Shown here piece after piece: positions 27,440 through 62,724 of a stretch of 64,000 nt of DNA. This DNA is from Phallusia mammillata (lineage: Eukaryota). The position numbers and the translations under genes were made by a program. The stretch covers positions 25,296,001 to 25,360,000 of the forward strand of contig OZ281495.1 in assembly GCA_965637545.1 (NCBI GenBank), written 5' to 3'. The stretch's first letter is position 1; each line of letters starts with the position of its first letter. The notes under the pieces were generated by a model. It saw nothing but the letters and a program-made list of their open reading frames with translations. It did not search any database and was not told the origin of the DNA.

Positions 27440-27592
27440 TTAACAAAAATGTCGTTCAACTGGTGTTAATGTTAAACAAAAATACTAGTTGTTTCTATCC
27501 ATAACTTGTATTTTCGCTGACGTTTCGTCCACCAGAACGGTAGGACTTCTTCAGAGTTAAATATGCAACCTGGTGGACGAAAACGCCTGTAC
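27440..27592 (-). mobile_element. Miniature, internally deleted derivative of the Penelope-like element at 13224-13858
   Basis: Near-identical to 13230-13338 joined directly to 13822-13855, with the GIY-YIG region missing. Retains the HHR at 27557-27516. Flanked by a 15-bp direct repeat AGCACTCATTTTTAT (27425-27439 and 27593-27607). Confidence 0.85.
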
Positions 27593-27619
27593 AGCACTCA
27601 TTTTTATGTCGATGTTCAG

Positions 27620-27655
27620 AAACTGATGATGCCACATAGGCGAAATATATATTCC
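27620..27655 (+). ncRNA. Hammerhead ribozyme motif (family B)
   Basis: aaa-CTGATGA-T-GCC-acata-GGC-GAAA-TATATA-ttcc: intact core, 3-bp stem II, palindromic stem III, weak stem I. Confidence 0.7.
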
Positions 27656-29969
27656 TTTATTTGAACCGACTGATTCTCTTTTACCAAGGATTTTATCGCC
27701 GATTGGTTTTACTGTATTATAATTAAATTGGCAAGCAGTGATCGTCAGTTTAAGCCATGCTCTCGATGGTTTTGATCTATTACTTAAGTTGTCATTTTAA
27801 TATGAGCTGCACTCGAAAGCGGGCTAGAATTTTTCCCACACGACTGAAATGTGTTCCATGCTTATGTTCAAGAATTCGTCTGAATTATAGGGTTACTTAG
27901 TACCCATATGCATTTTTCGCGCAAAACCGATCTTCGATTGCTCTGGGTTACTATCAACAAGCAATGCGTTTCGGCATCGCATGTTACGTATACATAACTA
28001 AAAATGGCAAATATGCTCATAAATGTTGCCTGACTTTAAGACAAACCGCTGCTACGAAAAACCATTTGGGTTGGTTCGTGTTTGTGTTATATGAACCACT
28101 TAGCCTAAACAAGACATGCCTTGGAAAGTTTTTGTGACAAATATTGAGTTCATGACAGACACGTCACGCAGCCACGCGAGGACATACCTGATACAAATCT
28201 ATCGTCGTCGGTTATGGGGCCTCACGCCAGTAACATCAATTATTCAGACCTTTAGGAAAGTGCGAATCGACAGTTATTCTGTTGCCTCTTAGGGAACGAA
28301 TCCATGGCTTTTGAACTCCCTCAAACACACGCTCGTCATGGGAGAGTTCAAAAAACTTCGTTGCTTCGTGTTGGATTTCGAAAAACAATGGCTAAAAAGG
28401 GATTTACCTTTAGTTACAAAACTATAGACAGCCACATTATACAACCGTTACGAAAGTACACTAAACGATTTGGACTTCAAATTTATAAACCTTCATTTTA
28501 GGGGGATTTGATTAACAACTATAACAAATTCCATGATTTAAAACGCTCGTGTGATCGTTTACATTAAGAACAATAGATTCTTTAAAAATCAGATATTTGC
28601 GTTAAAACTATTTAGTGGGTGTTGTATATATACACAGTGCGTTGGCTTTTGAACATGAATAACACGAATTCCCAGTTAACTTTTTAAATAGACATACTAG
28701 TCGAGTAAACACTTATAACTTAGCTGCGTTTTTTTTACAGCGATTTTCACGCACGTATTAAGGTGTAGCCTACATCTTTACAGGAGAAAAGTTAATCAAG
28801 AATAACGTGCAGTAAAAGTACTCGACACGTAACAAAAACTACTATGCCTGCTGGTGAAAAATGTAAATGCTCAGAGAACGGTTGAATGTACAATGTTTTA
28901 TAGTTATGTAAATGACCACAAATTGTATATAAATGTTAATCAAAAGATGACGCAAAACGCTTGAAGCAGTGGCGCGTGAAGTTACGTGAACGCCCAGTCT
29001 CTCGTCGAGTGCAAATATTTTCCATCGAGCAACGTCACGCGCGTTGAAAAAAGAGTTGGGCGCGATGCGTCTTGGCCGCGCATTGTAATTTTACGATTAG
29101 TTGGCAAACAATGGCCAGTGCGCGAACTCTGCGAAGAACGAAGTCACAAGTTGCGACTGACTTATACAGTACCACTTGGAATGTTTGTTCAAAACAGAAA
29201 AAGTAAAACGGTGTATTTAGATTCCAAGCAGTTTGGTCAGGTTGGGTAGGTTGTAAAACACGTTCTCTTTTTGTAGATGAGCTATCTGTTATCTGTTTTT
29301 TTTTTATCTGTTTTTGGTATCCACAGCTTATGATCAATAGTCCCGGGATCAACTATGTTTTAGACTTGCTTTTGAAATACTAAAGCCAGGTGTGCTATGA
29401 TTTAAAATATTTGTAAATATCTAATGTAAAACGTCTTCTTAGTCGGTCAAATCTTAGTTGGGATGGTGCAAACTATGTCGTACATCTGGTTTCTGTAACT
29501 TTAGTGTGTTTTATCTCAACTTGCTGTTGCGGTGTAACTGCGCTTGCCTGTCGATTATACAGCTGGTCGCAGTCACTTTGTTGTTGATACATACACACTT
29601 TATGCACGAATTCAGTGCACAGTCGGAAAACCGCTGAAATCTTGTGACGCAGAAATAGCCGCGGGGAGCGAAGTGTGAGGAAAAGTTCGTTGGCCAATTA
29701 GTGCTGACTTCGCGTGCTTTGTTTCAGGCCGAGACCTTGTGCAGAATATACGTGTTAAGATATCTGCATCTTAGCGGAGGTGGTTTGTAAGATACTATCA
29801 AATGTTATTAAACAGTGTATTATTTCTTGACAGAAGTGCATTAAAAAGTTAATGCTTACTGCTGGAACTGTACAGTTAAAACGTTGAAACGATTCTACGT
29901 AACAATGCCCCTTGTCTGATCTGTTGACAAACGAAAAGTGGCGAAGAGCCTTCTTTAAAAACTAGAGAC

Positions 29970-51687
<21,718 letters not shown>

Positions 51688-54600
51688 GTGGGCTATAATT
51701 TATTATTTCTGTTTGTTAACATTTTTTTTCAGCTTTTTGTTTGGTGTATTATGGTACTAAATTGGGTATTTTTTACCATGTTTTTTAAAATATTCCAAAA
51801 TTAAACTGGAAAAGAGGAACATTTCAACTTATTTTAGAGGTTTTGTTGTTTCTTTGTGGGTTTAAAAAACAGAAACGTAAGCGTAATGAGCATCTAATTT
51901 ACAAGTCACCACAAGAAAAGGCAAAATTGCATTGAAAAGCGTCTTTCTAAACAAAGTTAAAACTGATAGCTATGTTTTTTTACATTTACCAGACAGCACA
52001 AGACTTACATTTAAAAATCAATATGTTTTTCTTGTGCAAAACTATGTGGAATCTATATAACCCACATGGAAAACCATGACCTAGAATGTGTAGCTTTTGT
52101 TGCAGTCAGACAGAATAGGCATGATGTGCGGTTTTTGCATCGTGATGTTAGCAGTTTATAAATTTAGGTTTTCTGTTCGAGTGAACCTCATGAAATGGCA
52201 AAAGCTCTTAGACACGCTTGTTTGTGTATTAACCTTTGAGCGCAGTTCGCCAAAAATGAGTCACAATGCGTTTACCAAAATTTGTGAACCTTCCAGATTG
52301 ATTGTGAACTTTTCTCGGCCGTTCAGGCAATCACTTAATCTGACCACACTTAACAATGCGGCACTGATGAATATTTTCATATTTTTATGCTGTGGATAGC
52401 TTTAATTTCGTAGGACAGGCTTGGTGATTTGATAATTACTTTGGCAAACATGAAATCAAAACAAATGTTTATGTTTCGATCAAACGTGGTTTTAATCTCA
52501 ACACAAGTGTATGCGTGCAGTTTTAAAATTGTTTGACTTTCGGGTGTGGTCGCTAAACTTCAAAATACTGTCTTAAATAGTTTCATCTGCGTTAAGTGTT
52601 GCGCAATCCTTTTCATTTTTCTAACGAGCAAAATGGCATTACTCGGATTATTTCGTGTTAGTTATATCTATCTGTTTTGTGTTTGATTGTTCATTCAACG
52701 CAAAGCCATTTTTCATTTTTTTTCTCTCGTCTGTCCATTTTTGATTGCAAAGATAAAATTTATCCCTAAGCAAACAAAAGTGATTGAAGCCTACACAACG
52801 ATAGGCTATTTCAAAAAGCGAACCTGGAGGATTCAAATGCTAAAATAAATATTCAAATCCAAAAAGTTGTTTCAAATCAAACAAAACGACTCGATTGATA
52901 TCGTGTTTGCTAACTGTACTCTTTCGCGTATTTTAATTTTGTGAAAAGTTTGTCAATCGCACTTAACCATTGATGCAATTAGACACATGCAGGCTATTTT
53001 TGATCCAGGGTGGTTGTTAGTTCCTGTTGACCGTTACGTTGCCGAAAATTAAAAAACTAAGGTTCGGTATTCTGAATTCCATGTAACCATTGCAAAAAAA
53101 ATAATAGTAAAATGCTTAAATTTAAAATAGTTAGGTTGCTTATACGTATCCAAACATTTTGGTTTATGTTCTGTATACTTCTAAACGAAGGTCAACTTTT
53201 CCCATTTGGGTGTACCTTAATTGGTTGGAAAGCTATGATGCACATATTTCTCGTCATACTTATTTCCAGCCCTGAATGGAAATAAAATGGTAAACGAGTG
53301 TTCTAAAACGAAGGGTTTGTGTACTTTTCATTTTGTACCTCAAGCCTGCCAAATACCTTATAAGGGCCCCAACACAGCCCATTTCCTAAAACTGACTTAT
53401 TTTAATTTCACCGTGCTGTTTTGCTAATATGTCAAGCGACGGTTGGGTAAAGTTTTATAGCTTGTATTTGATTGCTGCATATATTTGAATTCTCAAATGC
53501 GCAATAGGGGCATAAATCATTTTGCAATATCAAGACCAAATGACAGGATTAAGTGCTAAGCTCGGCGCAGGTTTGCGATTAGACTCATCAGAGCCACCTC
53601 TTCATTTATGATTTCACAGCATTAGTGTTACTAGTAACACATACGCTTCCGTTTAAGACGTAAATATTTTGCCGCCTTTTAAGCCCCTCCGGGCCGGGCA
53701 CGCACATTTTGCTGTGGTTCAGTGTCATCTGCGAAAGAATCGGTTTGTTTTTGTTGGGTTCAGCCAGATGGCAACTATCGCCGGTCTGGGTTACTACGAA
53801 TCAGTAATGATTAGTCGGTTAATATTGGTGTGTAAAGACATTAAAAATACTTTCTGCTATATACTTATGTTACAAAATGCCACGAGGTCAAAGGTCAAAT
53901 TTGCGATGAACTATATGACGGAAAAATGGTTCATTTACTTATTTGATTGAATTGGGCGGCCTGTGCCTATCTTATGGTTACAGCTATTGATAAGCTTGCA
54001 TGTAACTTGAAAGCAGCTCCACTTGCTGTTTTTTTTTATCTTGTACATGTTGGCTATGTCCAACAGATAAAAACCTTAAACGGTGTTCTTGTTGAACTTA
54101 GCGTGGGTGGAAATAGAGTAAGGTTTTCGAAATATTGAGCAAAAAAGGAAATTAGCGTGTCTTCGAAAACATGTTTCAAGTTAGATTGGGGTAAATTGCT
54201 CAAAATTTTGTAATGGCGTACTTTAAAAGCCACTGTGTAGGAAATCTGGCGACGGTTCTGATGGTTTGTGGTCAGCACAATTTTTCTTTTCAATCTCGCT
54301 TGACTTGAAATTCAAGTGACGTTTTACGTATACGATAAAAAAACTGTGCCAATCTAAATCACTTGACTTTAAACAAAACATGCAACCAGACATTCCATCA
54401 CCCTAAAATGACGATCCATAATTTGCCTAAGGCCGGTTCGTTCTCCTGAAAGTTCAGTTGGCCAATCTATGTAAAAAAAACTTTTGTGTCGTTTCACACA
54501 TGTCACACATCAGATCAAGTTGTTTTCTGTTTATTGATTTGACAGTGGTGGCAATGCGAAACAATAAATATAAACGGCAAAAAGCACGCAAGCGAAAAAA

Positions 54601-57557
54601 GTGCACATCGTACGTATAGTGTAAGTTAATTGAAAAATAATACGTTGATAAAAAAGGTTGCACCCTAGGACACTAAAGAACATTTCACTCTTACAAGAAT
54701 TTACCACTTTTTGCAACGTTCTTTATTCTTAAAAAAGTGTGGTATTTTGTGAAATATTTTAACTGTTTTCATATTTCAGAAAAAAAAGGCTAAACAATCG
54801 ATAAAGTGAATTAGTGTAATACCTAATGTGGATTGAATGGACAGCAACAGTGGTTAAACAGAGCGATTTATATATTGTTTTCTGTGTAAGAAAATTTTTG
54901 AATGAATATGTTTGTCAAGCACATTTTGCTACGCACAGCGTTAACTTTGCTTTACTTGCTTCGAAACAATGATGGATTTGACGCACAGAAAAAACTGCTT
55001 AAAATTTAATATATTTATGCAACATAGAGAAAGCGGACTCTGCAATAATGCGAAAATGGCTATGCGTCCAACGGGTAACTTTATTTTCGAGGCTGTTGAG
55101 ACCAGTTATTAAAAAAATCTCAAGAGTACCTTTGAAATGGTTACATCGCTCTGGGTGGATTACAAATCTGACAGACCACCCATGCGAATTAAGTTATCTG
55201 GCACTTGTGCTAGGAAAAATGCTGCGTTTGTGATTACGCCTTAAAACCAATTGCGGAGCAGCAAAGCTGTTTTATTCTTTGCTTTGTACGACATTTTTAA
55301 GTCAGGGCTTGAATCATACACTAAAACGATTTAAAACTTTTCGTTTGAGCACAGTGTATTTTGCACCTACAAAAGGGACAGCGCGGTCATGTGTATAGCT
55401 ATTGGTAAACATCAAACAATAATTTTGCCATAATTAATATAATCATTGTACCTTCGAAATGTCGTTCATCGTGAAATGGAAATAACTTGACAGTTGTACA
55501 GCAGCTATAATACAGTGATACATCAGATAGCAACTGTCCCGATCATCGGCGCCTTGCATTGCGAGTTAGAGGAAAACCGATTAGCGGTATTTCAACCATA
55601 ACCTCTTCATTTGTTATGTGCACATGCCCAAATGTCATGGAACCCTTTCCCTGTAAACAGTCGCAGCCGTTATCAGATAGTAGCACCTTCTGTGGTTCCT
55701 CGTCTCCTAGCCATTACGACCTTTTCTGACCGAATGAATTTTTTGGCACAGTGTCAAAGCCGTTTGCCGATCGATATCAAATAAAGAGCGAACAAGTCGT
55801 ATTGAGCTTTACCCAATCGTCGCACAGGTAATGCCTGCCAACTGGGTCCAAAAGGTGGCAATTGTTGAACTTGTTGCGGCCTGCGACCTGCATCTTGCGT
55901 TCACTGATGGTAAAGAGAACCTTGTGGCGGCGTTTCACTGTCTTGCATTCCCCAGACGGGTTCATCTTCACGTATGCGGGTCGATTGTACCGGCATTCGC
56001 CCAGAAAAAAGTACTGACTCATGCCGGGGTGGGAAATGAGACGCACAACTAGACCTGATACGTGTTCGGCTGTGCGTGGGTTATGAAGCTGCGTAAAAAA
56101 ATAAAGATTATTTTGTGATTACAGTATCCAAAGATCAAGTGTAATGAATAGGGCCCTTTTACATATATATTATACGTAAACTCTTTAATGAAGACTTTGT
56201 AAACCGTTTTGTTTAAGATACTTATATTTCACCTTTAGTATCCCTTTGGAATGGAAAATGTTATCAATTTAAATATATACGGCTTGTTTTTGTGCTTAAA
56301 ACAGTGAAGGTATTTTTTAAGTAACCATGACGGAGTGATAGCGTGTACGTTGCTATTTTGACAAACTTCTTTTTATTTTCTGGTGTTAATGATTTAGCGA
56401 AATAGTCTTTAATTCTGTCTCAGTTTCTTGTTTTTTGGTTGGAAAATTTCGGAAAAAGCCAAAACGTCAACGATTTAATCTTTGGGAAAGTACGTATCCG
56501 CAAATTTGAGGCTAAACCACCCGTCTTTTAAACGTGATAATAAGTAATGGAACAAACAACTAACCTTAATGTTTGTCGGACATACTTCGCGCTTTCCTTT
56601 GTTTTGAAGTTGTCCCTGGTAACTTCTTACAACCGGACCCCTTGTGACATCCTCATCCTGTTCTTTGGAAATGTTGACCGCCGCTGCCCGTGCGGCCGTG
56701 TCGTTCATAAAGCGACTTTTTTGCACCGACGTTAACATGTCCATCCAAGAAAATTTGACTCTCTGCAAAGAAAACAGGTTATAAGTACACTGACGTTTTT
56801 GTATCGTAAATAGCTACATTTGGCCCACTGGAATACTGAACAAGGCTTAACATGGTGTGTTGGGAGATTATACATAAAATGGTGTGTTGAAAGATTAGAC
56901 TTAAAAATAGTATGTTGGGATGTTTTCATACCACATTACATAACGAGGATGTATGAAAATCGTTTTGCAAGTAAGGTATCAACACTTTTTCTCTTGGTGA
57001 ACCCGCTAAACCAGTTCGTACCATTGGTGTATTACTTCAAGCACAATTTACCCAACAGCGTTATAAGCTATATAACAGCCATTCATTTTCTTGCAGCGCT
57101 CCCTTTTTGTGTACATCATCAACATTAGTGATTTGGAAGACGCACAATCTTTCGCCTTGGGCATGTCACCGTGCCTAGCGCTATCTTCGTTAATGCCCCA
57201 GCTTTGTTATTTGTTTAGAAGTCACGCGGTTAAGGAAGAGCTCTTCGAAACGATCGACTCTGTCAAATCTTCGCGTGCAAGCTCAAAACGTGCGATTCGT
57301 TAAAACCACCACATTTTTGCGCTAGAGAATAAATCATTTTTTGATTAAACCTACGACTTGTGGCCTTTACCGTAATTCTGAACTCTTTGAAATTGCCCTG
57401 TGTGGTTATTCGAAAACGGGTTAAAAATGAATTACACGCTCTCCATATACCAAATCTCGTAGTTTCTAATACCAGCGACCCCCAAAGAGTTCAAAGAGGG
57501 TGGAAAAACTCATATGGCATTAGCTGTTGACCAATTTCCCAGAACAACGTGAATCAC

Positions 57558-57573
57558 CTTATTCAAATAGAAT
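57558..57573 (-). other. Genomic copy of the spliced leader followed by a GT donor; possible orphan SL RNA gene or pseudogene
   Basis: ATTCTATTTGAATAAG|GTGATTCA: 16/16 SL match, GT immediately after, and TGAAT/ATTCA can pair around the donor. Confidence 0.75.
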
Positions 57574-60500
57574 GAGGACCGTAATAAAATGCGTCATAAT
57601 ACGCAAATGCTATTCACCTCGGTCACCGGCGAGGGGACACAATGATAATCGAAGAAGAACAGACTAAGATCACTCGCTCTGCAGTTGTTCCTATCCAGGC
57701 AGGCGTTGCATAGCATTAGTCCGCCAATGCTGTCCCATTCAGCCGCGCAGTGTTTTAAGCAAACCATGCACTGAGAGTTCTGCTGACCGCTTGCCACGAG
57801 ACAACAAAACACAGAAACTATCGTCACTGCGTATCTAATGCTGAGGTTCCCTGCAAACCGCAATGGAACCCGCGTCTTTCGCAATTCCATATCTTCTCGA
57901 ATCACTGTCACTGCGCAAGGATGCTGCGCGCGTTTAGGGTCGTTCTCATTGCAGCCTTAACGATGTGACCCTAGTTTTCTGCAAAAAGACATTGTCAGAT
58001 AAGATGTCAGGAAATTTCAATTGTTTTAGCCAAGACATTATGACTTTACTGGACTTTTTGCACCTTGCTCTTATCGAAGTCGTACACTGGTTTATCTCCT
58101 GAGCAAAAACTGAGTTTAACTTAACGGACAATCCCGCAGCAATGCACTGGGTGACCGAATCATTCGGCTTACCGCATAAACTTTCGACTAATAATCGCTC
58201 GTATACACCCAGATTATCCAGCTCTTTCTGTGACAGGCACCAATTAAGAATTTGTGACGGCTGCAAAAGCTCGTGCCAAATTTAAAGCATTTCGACCCAT
58301 TTTAACACCGATTCGAAACCCAAATTAAACAATTGTTTTTTATCTGGTAAACGGTGAAATCTGTTCTTCAAAGTGATTTGTCTGACAAAGTTATCTCAAA
58401 CAGAGTGTAACTTGTTTACGTTACAAAAATGGCACATCTTTGCAATGCAAACAATACACATTCGAATTTCCAAAATTCAAGCAGATATTATCCTATTGAA
58501 ATTGGTAGTTGGCTGATTGGTGCCTTGCATTATCAAGCGATTTTGAAAATATTGTTGTTGAACTGGTCTGTACAATTTTAACCACCCCACACGAATTTTT
58601 GATAAGCATTCTCTAGCAGCGGTTAAGTTTTAATTGCATGTAATTTCACAACATTGACTATTAATTTAATCAGCCCTTTAGCAAATGCCATATCGACAAC
58701 TTTACACTTCTGCCATGTTCCAAATAACACTACTGAAAACTGTTGACAGTCCTAAAACAAAACTATAAGTGTAAACAGACTTGGATGTACCACGTTGTAG
58801 CATGAGTTACAGCGACAATTATAGCCTTTGTTTATCCCTGTACTGAACTGTACTCGCTAATAACCTTACCTTACACACTGCAGAAATGCGGTGCTAATCA
58901 CCAATCCTATAAGTAACGGAATCGCATAGCAAGTTTATTTGGTATATAAAACTTCCAGTTACTTCTCCTCAAGGACTTTCGCTAATGTCGCTTCTACACG
59001 CCTTAAGACGAGCCACGACCATTATAGTTCTGATATGCGGACCTCTGTGCTCTCGCTTTCTCACTTGTACGTGATTAAGCGGAATTATCGATTTTCCGAA
59101 TTTCGTTTTTGAGGTTCGCCACGTCGCGTAATCGCATTCTTTCTCGCTTAATCGCGTTTACTCCACGACACAACTGCCCACCAACATCCGTATAGCGACA
59201 CGGGTGTGGGTTTTTTCTCGGACATCCACTGCAAAGTTGTATTTTGTAACGCCCAGACTCTAACTGTTTTCTACCCTAAGAATTTAGCGTCAATCTGCTG
59301 CTTCACAAAGTGCTACATTGCTCATATAGTAATTCAAAAGTTCCTCGGTATTTAGGGCAATGTGCTCATCTCGCGGTTAACCTAAAAGCTATTTGAGACT
59401 CCTTGATCTCGCTCGGCTCTCAGTGATTCAACATGGCGTATAAACAGCGCGAGATTTTTGCCGATTTATCACGCAGGTGTTTACGATACCCTGACAAATC
59501 TGCTCTGGAAAGTTGAACGGATTATCTCACCAGTACACAAGCAGAGTTGTTTTATGTGGCTTACAAACCTTTTAAAATCGCCTTACCCCACCACAACTAT
59601 TCGTCGCCGTCATCTGGGTCATTTGTGAGTGTTTTTTTGGCTTAAACTATACAGAATTATTGGTTGGCGGTGTTCGTAAGATTTTAATGCTTTGCGCCTC
59701 GGGGATAGCTGCAGTCTACTCGATTTTCGGTGAATCAGTAAAACCAAGGTTAAGAAGTATACCCAAACGTCCCGAAATCGGGTGACCTAAATGCATTATT
59801 GCGGATAATGCAGATACCAGACGGAACCAATTTCCGATCAGAATCTTTATCACCCAGTTAACGCTTCTTGCGCTTTATACCGATTTACGTCATCTTGCGT
59901 CATAAGTGAAGGTATTAAAAGCACGTTATAAGAGGCGTTGTATTTGGATTGCCTTTGATGACACGTGGTGCACGCAATTGTGACGTTTGCCTATTTCCCT
60001 TTCGTGAACAAATGAATACGGAAAACGTTAACTTCAACGGCAATGCGTCTTCTCACGCTTAACCCCATTCTAAAGGTATTCGCTTGCCTGAAACATCTCC
60101 GAAAGAGCCTAAAGTGTTATTATCCGGGCATATCCGAGAATCATAAACTTTCTAGCACGTTTGGAAATGTCGCACAGCCGGTTTTGGGACGATTTTTGAC
60201 CCTAAAGCGAAGATGCACGGACGCGATAAGTGTATCGTTGGCGCATAGGGCATTTTCACGAGTATGCAAAGCGCAACGTTTGGACGAGCAAACGACCACG
60301 ACTTTGACAGATAACGGCTTAGCTTGTTTATTTTTGTTACTTATCGTTTTTTCATATTTTACTTCGGTTGCTGGTCAAAGCGTTTCGTGTTTACGTACAT
60401 TTAACATTTTTAAGTCATACTATCTGCTATGCATCCAGCCAAAAGCAAACGTCTGTTTTCTTATCTCAACTGTCCCTTACGCCACCCTTGCCTAAGCGCA

Positions 60501-62619
60501 ATGTCGAGCAGACGAAAAATACCTATTACCGAATGACTTGGCATACCTGGACGTATTAAAGACTTGTTTCGATAAGATGGTATCGTGGCAACAAATTTGT
60601 GCCTCGTCAGATAATCTATACGCCGTCGCTGCATTGATTTAATTGGGGATGATCAGTTATGGGGCCACAGTGCCCATTAGTCAGAGAAGTGCGCATAGGC
60701 GTGAGATATTTATAGTACAAAATTCATAAGTATCGTGTTGTATACGATACGATGTGTACAACTTTGCAGACAGACTTTTATGCTGTTAATACTGATGAAA
60801 ATCGTAGATAAATTTTGATAGATAAACTTGACTTGCCCGCGGGGTTATTTTGCGAAGGGGTTCAAAAACGCCAAAGATGTCAACATACATACACGCGTGG
60901 TACTGAACGATACCTAACATGTCCTTGCAGTTTAAACACACGTGGTTGCCCGTGTTTGCCTTTTCGCCTTTTCTCGGCAACTAAAGTAACGAGATAAACT
61001 AACGGCATTGAACCACAGCGTCACATTTTGACATTTTGTCGGCTTCCAACGACGAGCACTGACTTTCACTGAACTTCCGTTCGTCTTTCTGGCAGGCAGC
61101 AATTCCTTGTCGGTGCTTGCAACTGTACAGTGCCAATTAGTGGCGTACACAGTCATAAACAGACCTGGAATCCACGATCTGCCGTCTTAAATGCTCGCAC
61201 CTAACCGCAAGCAGCTACCAGCCCTTCGGATCTGCGAAAAAAAGCGCGAGACCGACCTCTGAGTCGACGACGGCAATCGGCCTGAAGCAGAGTTTACACG
61301 TGAAACAAAGTCTGCGGATTCGCGTGCTTTCAAGTACAACACAGTTTTTAGAGATGCGATAAAGACACGCCTTGATTCAGTGTACTCCCTGTATTAGTTA
61401 AACGAGTCTTTTATTTCTTGAAACTGATTTTTTTATCTCTCGAGTTTGAATTTAGCTAATCTCTTGCGTTTATAACCAATTCTCCTTAAAATTGGCGTAA
61501 AATTAAACGAGTGTAACGGCAATGCGAAAACAAAGGTTGAACCCTATACGCTATCAAAAAAAGAGAAAATTTTGTAAAACATTTATTCACGAAAAATATC
61601 ATTTCGCTCAACAATAAAGTTTATTTCTCGTTTAAATAACCGAACAAAGTCTACAATACACGAAAAATTTGTAAAATGCAAAAGAAACACAAAGTAAATA
61701 GTGTTTTATATTATTGTAAACATAAACGTTAACTTTACAGTGGCCTTTTTGCACTCGTGTGCTGTGTTGAAGACATCACGAATAGAATTTGAAGAAAAAA
61801 GCCAATATATAACCAATGTTAAAAAAATTATAAAATAATGTACCACGCACTCAATTTGAATTGGCTTTAGGAAACAAGATAATTTAATTGGTAATTTTCT
61901 ATTTGTCAAATAGCCCTTGCACCAAAAATCGATAGATTCGGTTGAAAGACCGCACCGTATGGTTTTCACAAACCTTCAAGATCCTTAACAACGTCATTGA
62001 CAATGTAGAATCGACAAAAAGTCCCAATATAAACCTTCTTACTTGAATATAAAAAATATATGTACCAATCTATAAAGCAATTTCTCTTCAACAACTTCAA
62101 AGAATCACTCTTTTCACCCTACTCAATGTCTGTGGCGCAATCTGATTGGCAAAATGAAAACATTTCGCTTTAGTTCCTCATAACCATCATTCGACACGGC
62201 CCAGGGAGATTCACTAACTTCCAGCATTCCGACCATTCACTAAGAGGGATCTTTTTGCACAAATCCTTAGTCCCCGCTTGACTTGTCATGATGTAAACCA
62301 GTGCATGGTGTCGCTGTTTGACAGTCTGACAAGTCGAAGCATTGGTGTGGTAGCCGACTGGGGTGGACGATTTGCAGTAACCAACCTCAAAACGCTAAAA
62401 TGAACACAGAATAAAACCAAAATGGCCTCATATGTCAGATTAATTTGCCTATGGTTGCCTTTTAAGCGACTTGCGGCTGAATGTTTTCGATCGTTCAGTT
62501 TTAAATCATACAATAAACCAGTCATTGTACCTTCTGCAGAAACAAATAATCATAATAGGACGTAGATCAATATTTTTTGGAGAAGTGAAAGAATTTGAAC
62601 AAACCAATTGAATCTTGGG

Positions 62620-62724
62620 ACTAAGAATGGAAAATCATTTCCTAGAAACGAAATCAGTCCATGAATATCGTGGAATTATATATTTTGCCTAATTGACTTT
62701 TTCAGTTCCTTATTCAAATAGAAT
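62620..62724 (-). mobile_element. SL-headed degenerate family-B hammerhead element
   Basis: SL (62724-62709), then GAA-CTGAAAA-A-GTC-aatta-GGC-AAAA-TATATA-A-TTC, then a tail TTTCGTTTCTAGGAAATGATTTTCCATTCTTAGT homologous to 47388-47421. Confidence 0.8.

Noticed and set aside
59430-61397. TGA-interrupted ORFs as a mitochondrial insertion (TGA = Trp)
   Set aside because: No similarity to mitochondrial proteins, and TAA/TAG stops and frameshifts also interrupt nearby frames.
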